DNA from: Planctomycetota bacterium | GTDB lineage: Bacteria > Planctomycetota > UBA11346 | DNA length: 64,000 nucleotides | Direction: 5' to 3' | Assembly (NCBI GenBank): GCA_038213805.1 | Contig: JBBQSO010000017.1 | Location: 9,751-73,750, forward strand | In this document: positions 12,545-20,561 of the stretch, piece by piece | Numbering within the stretch: the first letter of the stretch is position 1 | Layout: each line of letters opens with the position of its first letter | Translations under genes and position numbers: made by a program | The notes under the pieces: model-generated | Database searches by the model: none | The model's input: the letters and a program-made list of their open reading frames with translations, nothing else | Told to the model about the DNA's origin: nothing

Positions 12545-15067
12545 TCATTTGCAGCGGAACTGGTCGCACTGGACCACGGCGTGCACCAGGTCGCGCAGGC
12601 CGTGGCCAGAGGCCTTGGTCGCGTCGAGCAGGCCTTCGACCGCGGCGCGGTCGGCGAAACTGATGGTTGCACCGGTGGCGTAGACCAGCAGGCGGCGGGC
12701 GAGATTGCGCGCGACCTGGCGCTCGTCGGCGAGCAGCAGCGCGCGCAGTTCGGCGATGCCGGCGAAGGGCTTGCCGGCGAGTTCGCCGCTGCAGTCCACC
12801 GCGGGGCCGAGGCGCACGTGGACCTCGCGGACGCCGCTGACCAGGGGCACGCTGTCGCCCGCGCCGCTGCTGCGGTAGCGCGTGCGCTGGGCGCCCATCA
12901 CGTCGAACGACTCGAGGGCGAAACCCGGCGGGTCGAGCTTGGCGTGGCACGACGCGCACACGGCGCTCGCGCGGTGCTTGACGAGCTGCTCGCGGATGGT
13001 GGTGGCCCCGCGCGTGTCCGGCTCGATCGCGCCGGCGTCGGGCGGCGGCGGCGGCACCGGCGTGCCCAGCAGCCGGTCCAGCACCCAGGCGCCGCGCTTC
13101 ACCGGCGAGGTGGTCAGGCCGTTGGCGGTGACCTTCATCACGCTGCCCTGGGTGAGGATGCCGCCGCGCGCGCCGCCCGCGGACAGCGCGACGCGGCGGA
13201 TGGCGCAGCCTGCGACCCCGGGCACGCCGTAGAGCCGCGCGAGCGGTTGATTGAGCATCGCGAAATCGCTGGTGATGACCGCGCTCGCAGGGAGGTCGTT
13301 ATCAAGCATCTCCGTGAAATAGGCGCGGGTCTCCGCGGCCAGCGACTCGACCAGGTGCACGTCGCAGAAGTATTCCGGATACAGCGCCCGGTCGGGCACC
13401 GTGGCGTAGAGCTGGTCCAGGCTCAGCCACTGCGCGGTGAAGTCCGCGACCAGGCGCTGGGCGCGCGGGTCGCGCAGCAGGCGCGCGGTCTCGGCGCGCA
13501 GCACCTCGGGCCGCAGCAGCGCACCGCTGCGCGCCTGGCGCAGCAGCGCATCGTCCGGCATCGACCGCCACAGGAAGTAGGACAGCCGGGATGCGAGCGC
13601 CCAGGCGTCGAGCCGCCCCGGGCGCTCGTGGAAGAACAGGAAGTCGGGCGAGCACAGCACCGCCTTGTAGGCGATGCGCATGGCGTCCTGGAAGCAGCGC
13701 TGCTGCGCCAGCGCGGCCAGCGCCAGGCCCTGCATGCGCGCGACTTCAGTGGGCTCGACCGGGCGACGCCAGGCGCGCTCCATGAAGGTGCGCAGCAGCT
13801 GGGCGCTGTCTGCGACGGGATCCTGCGACTCGACCACGAATGGGCCGCCAGGCGGGCGCCAGGCGCGGCGGGCCACGCCGGTGCCGATGGTGGTGCGTTC
13901 GGGTTCGCGCAAGCCGCTGGCCTTCGACCATTTGGCCAGCGGCAGCTCGCCGAACAGGCGGCGGTGCGCCTCCGGCGGCCACTGGGCCAGCAGCGGCCCT
14001 TCCATGTCGAGCCACTGGCAGGCGATGCCTGGGCCGCGCCAGGGCTTCTTCGCCGGCGGGCTGGAATCGCCGGGCAGGGTGCGGTCGTCGAGCGAGGCGC
14101 AGGTGATGACCAGCTGCTCGTTGCCGTGCAGCCAGGCGGTGAACTCGATCTCGCCGGCTTCGGCCGGGACGTCGAAGAACTGCAGATAGCGCCCGTCCTT
14201 GACCTGGATGGCCGCGACGTGCTGGACGGTCGGCGGCAGCAGCTGGTCGTCGGCGGTGTCGCCGGTGCCGGGGCTGTCGAGGGTGACGCCGCGGCAGCGC
14301 AGGCGGAAGCGGTAGAGCCCGGGCTCGTCAAAGCGGTTCTCGAGCGTCCACGGCGACTGCGCGTTGTTGGGCTGGCGCAGCAGCACCATCCAGTCGCCGA
14401 CTACGCGCGACTCGCTACGCCCGAGTTTGCGGTCGCGCGCGAAGTCTTCGAAGAAGCGTCCGTTGGCGGTGAACAGCTGGCGGTCGACGCGGCTCTCGGG
14501 CTGCGGGCGCAGCGCCATCGCCGCGTCGAGCGCCGCGTCGGCCGCCTCGAGGTAGCGCGCGATTTGGACGTAGGACAGCTCCTGCGCGGACGCGACGTCA
14601 TCAAAGCCGCCCGCCAGCGGGTCGGCTGGGAGGATGTCCTTGACCTCGAGCGCGGGGATCGCGAGCAGGTCGCGCAGGGTGTTCTCGTACTCGACGCGGT
14701 TGAGGCGGCGGTAGACGGTGCGGCCGCCCTGGCGCTGGCGCTGCTCGTCCGCGGCGGTCAGCGCCGTGGCCAGGCTGGCCGCGAAGGAGCTGGCGTCGGA
14801 TGCCGCCAGCTTTTTCTTCGGCGGCATCTCGCCGGCCGCGACGCGGTCGTGGACCAGCGTCCAGGTGGCGAGAGTGGACGGATCGTGCTCGATCGGCGCC
14901 AGGGTGTCGAGGCGCAGGCCGCCCTTGCGCGTATCGGCGTCGTGGCACTCGACGCAGCTGCTCTCGAGGCGCTTGGCGATAGCCGGATCGGGCGCGGAAG
15001 CGGCGGCCGCAGCGCCCATCAGGGACAGCGCGACGACCAGCCGCAGGCAGACGGAGGGCATGGTCAA
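12545..15067 (-). CDS. DUF1592/DUF1595/DUF1588/DUF1587/DUF1585 (PSCyt/PSD) multi-domain protein with two CxxCH motifs
   Basis: Has a signal peptide, then CVECHDADTRKGGLRLD (DNA 14942-14956), and CASCHAKLDPPGFALESFDVMG (12944-12958). The architecture is that of planctomycete-type cytochrome-like proteins. Confidence 0.85.
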   Translation of the reverse strand: MTMPSVCLRLVVALSLMGAAAAASAPDPAIAKRLESSCVECHDADTRKGGLRLDTLAPIEHDPSTLATWTLVHDRVAAGEMPPKKKLAASDASSFAASLATALTAADEQRQRQGGRTVYRRLNRVEYENTLRDLLAIPALEVKDILPADPLAGGFDDVASAQELSYVQIARYLEAADAALDAAMALRPQPESRVDRQLFTANGRFFEDFARDRKLGRSESRVVGDWMVLLRQPNNAQSPWTLENRFDEPGLYRFRLRCRGVTLDSPGTGDTADDQLLPPTVQHVAAIQVKDGRYLQFFDVPAEAGEIEFTAWLHGNEQLVITCASLDDRTLPGDSSPPAKKPWRGPGIACQWLDMEGPLLAQWPPEAHRRLFGELPLAKWSKASGLREPERTTIGTGVARRAWRPPGGPFVVESQDPVADSAQLLRTFMERAWRRPVEPTEVARMQGLALAALAQQRCFQDAMRIAYKAVLCSPDFLFFHERPGRLDAWALASRLSYFLWRSMPDDALLRQARSGALLRPEVLRAETARLLRDPRAQRLVADFTAQWLSLDQLYATVPDRALYPEYFCDVHLVESLAAETRAYFTEMLDNDLPASAVITSDFAMLNQPLARLYGVPGVAGCAIRRVALSAGGARGGILTQGSVMKVTANGLTTSPVKRGAWVLDRLLGTPVPPPPPDAGAIEPDTRGATTIREQLVKHRASAVCASCHAKLDPPGFALESFDVMGAQRTRYRSSGAGDSVPLVSGVREVHVRLGPAVDCSGELAGKPFAGIAELRALLLADERQVARNLARRLLVYATGATISFADRAAVEGLLDATKASGHGLRDLVHAVVQCDQFRCK

Positions 15068-15312
15068 AGATACCTCGCGGACGACGGACGGTTGCCAGGG
15101 ATAGCGCCAGGGGCGCTGCGGTTACCACGTGATTCGTGGGGAAGTGAGCCTCCACGACGCTAACGCTCGGTCGTACGCATCCGCTGCCATGGAGGATATG
15201 GATACAATATGGACGAGAGCGTCGCCATGTCGCCTGCGGATATGCGCCAAGCCCGTGCTGTCACAAGATTTCCGCACAATGAATGCAACGATTTCCAGGG
15301 CCTACGGTAGTT

Positions 15313-15329
15313 TTGCCAGCGCGTGGCAA
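15313..15329. promoter_or_regulatory. Inverted repeat TTGCCA-N5-TGGCAA, 32 nt upstream of the ThuA-like gene
   Basis: Read directly in the 293-nt divergent spacer between 15067 and 15361. It is a candidate transcription-factor site. No cognate regulator is identified. Confidence 0.25.
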
Positions 15330-15360
15330 TGCCGCGCCCAGAACCATAGGAACCGCACCC

Positions 15361-16434
15361 ATGACAGCCATCTCGACGCCGCCCCGCCATCCTGCGCCGA
15401 TGATCCGCGGCGCGCTCATCCCCACGCTGTTGCTGCTGGCCGCGGCGGCGGTTGACCAGGGAGCGGCGGCCGCGGAGCCTGCGCCGCTAACCTTCGCGGG
15501 CGGCGAGGGTCCGGGCAAGGGCAAGCACATCGTCTTCCTGGCGGGCGACCACGAGTACCGCTCGGAGGAGAGCCTGCCGGCGCTCGCGCGCATCCTGGCG
15601 GTGCGCCAGGGCTTCACCTGCACCGTGCTGTTCAACATCGACCAGACCACCGGCACCATCGAGCCCGGCAATTCCAACATGCCAGGGCTGGAGGCGCTCG
15701 ACCACGCCGACCTGGCGGTGGTGTTCCTGCGCTTCCAGGCTTTTCCCAAGGAGCAGATGCGGCACGTCGACGACTACCTCGCGCGCGGCGGCCCGGTGGT
15801 CGGCCTGCGCACCGCGACGCACGCCTTCCGCACCGCCGCTGACGATGCTTTCGCCAAGTACTCCTTCGACAGCAAGGTCGCTGGCTACGAGCTCGGCTTC
15901 GGCCACCAGGTGCTGGGCCAGACCTGGGTCGGTCATTACGGCACCAACCACGCGCAGAGCACGCGCATCAGCGTGAGCGACGCCCAGAAGGACCACCCCA
16001 TCCTGCGTGGCGTCGCGGACGTCTGGGTGCAGGCCGGCGGCTACGTCGGCAAGCCGACCAGCGGCACGGTGCTGACCGTGGCCCAGCCGTTGAACGGCAT
16101 GAAGCAGGACGCGCCGCCCGATGCCAGCAAGCCGCCGATGCCCTCGGAGTGGACGCGCAGCTATGCTGCGGCGGATGGGCACCAGGCGCGGGTCTTCACC
16201 TCGCTCTACGGCGCCTCGGAAGACCTCCTCAACGACGGTTATCGCCGCCTGGTCGTCAACGGCTGCTTCTGGGCGCTGGGCCTGGAGTCGGCCATCACGC
16301 CGCAGCTGGCGGTCAGCTTCGTCGGGCCGTACAAGCCCAACACCTTTGGCGAGCACGCCTTCGCCCGCGGCGTCAAGCCCGCGATGTACGCCGATTTGGC
16401 GAGCCCGATCCCCGCGAACAACAGCACCAAGTGA
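15361..16434 (+). CDS. ThuA-like (class I glutamine-amidotransferase-fold, trehalose-utilisation-like) secreted protein
   Basis: Has a signal peptide, then KHIVFLAGDHEYRSEESLPALARIL...LRFQAFPKEQMRHVDDYLARGGPVVGLRTATHAF...VFTSLYGASEDLLNDGYRRLVVNGCFWALGLE, the pattern I recognise from PVC ThuA-domain proteins. Confidence 0.55.
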   Translation: MTAISTPPRHPAPMIRGALIPTLLLLAAAAVDQGAAAAEPAPLTFAGGEGPGKGKHIVFLAGDHEYRSEESLPALARILAVRQGFTCTVLFNIDQTTGTIEPGNSNMPGLEALDHADLAVVFLRFQAFPKEQMRHVDDYLARGGPVVGLRTATHAFRTAADDAFAKYSFDSKVAGYELGFGHQVLGQTWVGHYGTNHAQSTRISVSDAQKDHPILRGVADVWVQAGGYVGKPTSGTVLTVAQPLNGMKQDAPPDASKPPMPSEWTRSYAAADGHQARVFTSLYGASEDLLNDGYRRLVVNGCFWALGLESAITPQLAVSFVGPYKPNTFGEHAFARGVKPAMYADLASPIPANNSTK

Positions 16435-16439
16435 CCACC

Positions 16440-19424
16440 ATGCGCCACCGCCACGCCTCCGTCCACGTGCAGCGGCCGCGCGCCGTCTGGTCCGCCTGCC
16501 CACTGCTGCTGATGCTCGCGGGACTGGTCCCGGCCAGCGAGCCGACGACGACCCCGATCGCGCTGCAGAAGGACGAGGTGATCTGCGAGATCGGCGACGG
16601 CCTGGCCGATCGCATGCAGCACGACGGCTGGGTCGAGACGTTGATCCAGAGCCGCGCGGCCGACAGGAAGCTGGTCTTCCGCAACCTCGCCATCACTGGC
16701 GACATGGTCGCCAAGCGCCCGCGCCAAGAGGGCTTCGCCTCGCCCGAGGACTACCTCAAGCTGTGCAAGGCGGACGTCATCTTCGCCTTCTTCGGCTACA
16801 ACGAGTCCTTCGCCGGCGAGGCCGGCGTCGCTGGTTTCAAGAAGGACCTGGGCGAGATGGTCGACCGTTACCGCGGCACCATGTTCAATGGCCATTCCGC
16901 GCCCCGTCTGGTGCTGTTCTCGCCCATCGCGCACGAGGACCTGCACACCCCCAACCTGCCCAACGGCGCGGCGGACAACGCCAATCTGGCATTGTACACC
17001 GCCGCGATCGCGCAGGTCGCGGCCGACAAGCAGGTCGGCTTCGTCGACCTGTTCAGCACCTCGCAGGCGCTGTATGTGCAGTCGCGAACGCCACTGACGC
17101 TGAACGGCGTGCACCTGCTGCCGGACGGCGACCGGCAGATCGGCGAAGTCATCGCCAGCGCCGTGGTCGGCCCGGCGGCGGGCGCGACCCGCGCCCTCGA
17201 ACCGTTGCGCCAGGCGGTGCTGGACAAGGACTACCACTGGCACTGCCGCTACCGCGCGCCCGACGGCAACGACATCTGGGGCAACCGCTCCGGCCTGCGC
17301 TTCGTCAACAATCAGTCCAACGGCGAGGTCCTCACGCACGAGCTGAGCATGCTCGACGTCATGACCGCCAACCGCGACGCGCGCATCTGGGCGGTCGCCT
17401 CCGGCCACGACGCGCCGGTTTCCGACGCCAACGTCGCCAAGCCGATCGAAGTGATCTCGAACGTCGACAACAAGACCAAGAGCAGCGATCCGGTCAAGCC
17501 GCCCAGCGAGGACGGCTACCTGTCCGGCAGCGATGCGCTGGCGAAAATCCGCGTCCCCGAGGGCTTCGAGCTGACGCTGTTCGCCGACGAATCGCGCTTT
17601 CCCGCGCTGACCAAGCCGGTGCAGCTGCACGTCGACGCCAAGGGGCGGCTGTGGGCCGCCTGCTGGGGCACCTACCCCAAGTGGGAACCGCTCAAGCCGA
17701 AGAACGACACCCTGCTGATCCTCAGCGACTCCACCGGATCCGGCGTCGCCGACAAGGCGGTGGTCTTCGACCACGTCGACAATCCGTTGGGCTTCGAATT
17801 CTGGAACGGCGGGGTGATCGTCACCTCACAGCCGAACCTGCTGTTCCTCAAGGACACCGACGGCGACGACCACGCCGACCAGCGCACCGTGCTGCTGCAG
17901 GGCATCGACTCGGCCGATACCCACCACTCGGCCAACAATCTGATCTACGGCCCCGACGGCGCGATCTACTGGCAGAGCGGCATATTCATGCAGAACAGCT
18001 TTGAGAGCCCGTGGGGACCGGTGTTGCACTCGACCCAGGCCGGCATGTACCGCTTCGATCCGCGCAGCTCGGCGATCTCGTTCCACGCCGCCAACAGTCC
18101 GAACTCGCACGGCACGTCCTTCGACTACTGGGGCTACATGTACGCCAATGACGGCACCGGCGGCGCGTGCTTCCAGGTCCGCCCCGACGGCAACGGCTTC
18201 AAGATGTTCCCGCTGACCAAGACCGAGTGCCGGCCAGTGCCCGCCGACGCGATCATCTCGAGCGCCAACTTCCCGCCCGAGATGCAGGGCGACTTCCTGG
18301 TCCTGAACACCATCGGCTACCTGGGCATCAAACGCTACCAGCTGCACCGCGACGGCTTCAAGGAGGACGGCAAGGACTTCCAGACCGGCCAGGTCTGGGG
18401 CACCCCGACCCCGGACTTCCTGCGCAGCGATGATCCCAACTTCCGCCCGACCAGCGCGGTGTTCGGCGCCGACGGCGCGCTCTACATCGCCGACTGGCAG
18501 AACACCATCATCGGCCACATGCAGCACAACATCCGCGACCCCAAGCGCGACCACTCGCACGGCCGCATCTACCGGTTGGCCTACAAGGGCCGCCCGCTGC
18601 AGGCCAAGGTCGACATCGCCGGGCAGCCGATCCGCGCCCTGCTGGACGACCTGAAGAACCCGATCGACGGCATCCGCCAGCGTGCCCGCATCGAGCTCAG
18701 TGGCCGCGACTCGCAGGAGGTCATCGCCGCGACGCGCCAGTGGATGCGGCAGTTCGACGCGAAGAAGCCCGAGGACGCCCACCACCTGCTCGAGGCGCTG
18801 TGGCTGCACCAGCAGCACAACGTGCGCGACCTGGCGCTGCTTGACCTGGTGCTGGCCTCGCCCGAGCCGCACGCGCGCATCGCCGCCGCGACGGTGAAGC
18901 ACCTGTGGGGGCCCGCGGATCCCACCAAGGGGCGCATGGCCGACACCACCGTGGCCGCGACGCCTAAAGTGCCGCAGGTGGTGGTGCCCGCGCACCTCAC
19001 CGGCCAGGCGGCCAAGCTCTACACCCTGGGCGCGGCGGTCTTTGCCCGCGACAGTCACTGCACCACCTGCCATCAGCCCACCGGCGCCGGCCTGGCCGGC
19101 ATCTACCCGCCGCTCGCCGGCAGCCCGTGGGTGATCGGCAACGAGGAGCGCCTGATCAAGGTGGTGCTGAGCGGCCTGTGGGGGCCACTTCAGGTCAATG
19201 GCACCACCTACGACCCGGCGCGCGGCATCCCGCCGATGACGGCGTTCCGCTCGATCCTCAAGGACGAGGAGGTCGCCGCGGTGCTGACCTATGTGCGCAA
19301 CTCGTGGGGCAACAAGGCTGCTCCCGTGCTGCCCGAGGCGGTCGGCAAGGTCCGGGAGGCGACCAAGGGCCAGACCACGTTCTGGAAGCCCGAGGACCTG
19401 CTGAAGGCGCATCCGCTGGAGTGA
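16440..19424 (+). CDS. PVC-type heme-binding CxxCH protein: degenerate SGNH-like domain + membrane-bound-dehydrogenase-type beta-propeller domain + HEAT repeats + C-terminal cytochrome c
   Basis: Starts at MRHRHAS, 5 nt after the ThuA-like stop. Contains LFADESRFPALTKPVQLHVDAKGRLWAACWGTYPKWEP, HGRIYRLAYKG, a HEAT-like LLDDLKNPIDGIRQRARIEL, and CTTCHQPTGAGLAGIYPPLAGSPWV (CxxCH at 19059-19073). Confidence 0.8.
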   Translation: MRHRHASVHVQRPRAVWSACPLLLMLAGLVPASEPTTTPIALQKDEVICEIGDGLADRMQHDGWVETLIQSRAADRKLVFRNLAITGDMVAKRPRQEGFASPEDYLKLCKADVIFAFFGYNESFAGEAGVAGFKKDLGEMVDRYRGTMFNGHSAPRLVLFSPIAHEDLHTPNLPNGAADNANLALYTAAIAQVAADKQVGFVDLFSTSQALYVQSRTPLTLNGVHLLPDGDRQIGEVIASAVVGPAAGATRALEPLRQAVLDKDYHWHCRYRAPDGNDIWGNRSGLRFVNNQSNGEVLTHELSMLDVMTANRDARIWAVASGHDAPVSDANVAKPIEVISNVDNKTKSSDPVKPPSEDGYLSGSDALAKIRVPEGFELTLFADESRFPALTKPVQLHVDAKGRLWAACWGTYPKWEPLKPKNDTLLILSDSTGSGVADKAVVFDHVDNPLGFEFWNGGVIVTSQPNLLFLKDTDGDDHADQRTVLLQGIDSADTHHSANNLIYGPDGAIYWQSGIFMQNSFESPWGPVLHSTQAGMYRFDPRSSAISFHAANSPNSHGTSFDYWGYMYANDGTGGACFQVRPDGNGFKMFPLTKTECRPVPADAIISSANFPPEMQGDFLVLNTIGYLGIKRYQLHRDGFKEDGKDFQTGQVWGTPTPDFLRSDDPNFRPTSAVFGADGALYIADWQNTIIGHMQHNIRDPKRDHSHGRIYRLAYKGRPLQAKVDIAGQPIRALLDDLKNPIDGIRQRARIELSGRDSQEVIAATRQWMRQFDAKKPEDAHHLLEALWLHQQHNVRDLALLDLVLASPEPHARIAAATVKHLWGPADPTKGRMADTTVAATPKVPQVVVPAHLTGQAAKLYTLGAAVFARDSHCTTCHQPTGAGLAGIYPPLAGSPWVIGNEERLIKVVLSGLWGPLQVNGTTYDPARGIPPMTAFRSILKDEEVAAVLTYVRNSWGNKAAPVLPEAVGKVREATKGQTTFWKPEDLLKAHPLE

Positions 19425-19494
19425 AGCCAGCATCGGTGCGGCGCCCCGCGTGCGTCATCAGCGGCGGGGGCGCACTGCCCGGGCCACGCCGCGC

Positions 19495-20415
19495 CTAGGG
19501 CTTCGCCAGCGCCAGCAGCCTGGCCTCCGTCGGCTGTGGCCCGCCCGACCCGGGCTGGTCGAGTTCCTTGCGCAACCACGCCAGCCCCGCGAGGCTGCAG
19601 GCCAGGCTGGTTTCGGCGTCGACGGACGGGCGCTCGTGCAGCAGGCCGACCGGGCCATGCCAGCCGCTCGCGCGGATCACGCGCAGCATCGCCAGTTCTC
19701 CCGCATCGGTGCCGACGAAGCGCACGCTGGGGTACTGCGCAGAATCCGCTGGCATGCCGTTGAGATTGACCGCCAGCAGGTGCGTCTGCATGCGCGCGAA
19801 CCGCGCGGCGAAATCGGTGAGGGGGCCGCGCCAGTGGTGGAAATTGAAGACGATGCCGACGTTGGTGATGCCGTCCTGGCGTAGGCGCTCGATCACCGCC
19901 AGCTGGTTGTCCTGATCCTCGCACCACGGTTCGCGGTGGTTGTACAGCCCGACCTGGCTGCCGATCGCGGCGGCGTCGCGCGCCAGTGGCATAATGCGCG
20001 CCGCCTCGCGCGTGATCCGCGCCGGATCACCCGGCGCGCTCGGCTGTGGCTCGGGTGCGCCGGCCACCCACAGCTGGGGGTGGATGCCGTGGCGCAGCGC
20101 GGCGTCCAGCACCTCCTGGCGGTGGCCGGGGTACCACCAGGCGCTGATGGCGATGTGGTGGCGCGCCATCGCCTCGATCTCGGCGTCGAAGGTCGCGACG
20201 TGCTCCTCGCGCCAGTCGTAGGCGAGCCTGGTGATGCCCAGGTGCTCCAACATCTGCGCGCGCTCCTCCGGGCCGCGCTTGCGCGGATCGAAGGGCACCA
20301 CGCACCACGCGGCGAGGTTGCCGGTGGTGAGAAGGTCGTCGTCGGCGGCGGCGAGCCGCGGCGTGTGGCCGGCGGCCAGGACGAGCAGCGCGGCGAGCAG
20401 GATGGGCGTTTTCAT
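19495..20415 (-). CDS. Xylose-isomerase-like TIM-barrel protein (sugar phosphate isomerase/epimerase family) with a signal peptide
   Basis: Starts at MKTPILLAALLVLAAG. Contains VGIVFNFHHWRG...LLAVNLNGM and a length typical of the AP-endonuclease-2/xylose-isomerase TIM fold. The functional call is moderate. Confidence 0.6.
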   Translation of the reverse strand: MKTPILLAALLVLAAGHTPRLAAADDDLLTTGNLAAWCVVPFDPRKRGPEERAQMLEHLGITRLAYDWREEHVATFDAEIEAMARHHIAISAWWYPGHRQEVLDAALRHGIHPQLWVAGAPEPQPSAPGDPARITREAARIMPLARDAAAIGSQVGLYNHREPWCEDQDNQLAVIERLRQDGITNVGIVFNFHHWRGPLTDFAARFARMQTHLLAVNLNGMPADSAQYPSVRFVGTDAGELAMLRVIRASGWHGPVGLLHERPSVDAETSLACSLAGLAWLRKELDQPGSGGPQPTEARLLALAKP

Positions 20416-20561
20416 GCGGGATTCCCGGCGGTGGAGCGTGCCCGATCCTGGCGCGCTCCTGACCGGTGTCGTGCACGCCGGCGACGGCGGCTGGAAGGCG
20501 AGCGGCACAGACCTGACCGCCGCTGCGTGGAGGCTCGCCGCCAGCCGTGCGCGGACCGGTT

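Noticed and set aside
12323-15163. 946-aa plus-strand ORF opposite the DUF1592 gene. Similar long antisense ORFs lie at 8215..9891(-), 16239..17774(-), 17826..19433(-), 33568..35565(-), 38785..40749(+), 41332..44559(-), 49125..50894(+), 51813..53591(+), 55528..56960(+, upstream part of the track ORF) and 59649..61943(-).
   Set aside because: Each lies opposite a gene with clear family motifs. Each translates to Arg/Ala/Gly/Asp-rich sequence without recognisable domains. They are artefacts of high GC content (few stop codons).
15313-15329. Sigma-54 promoter (TGGCA element)
   Set aside because: Neither strand gives TGGCAC-N5-TTGCW spacing. It is kept only as a generic inverted repeat.
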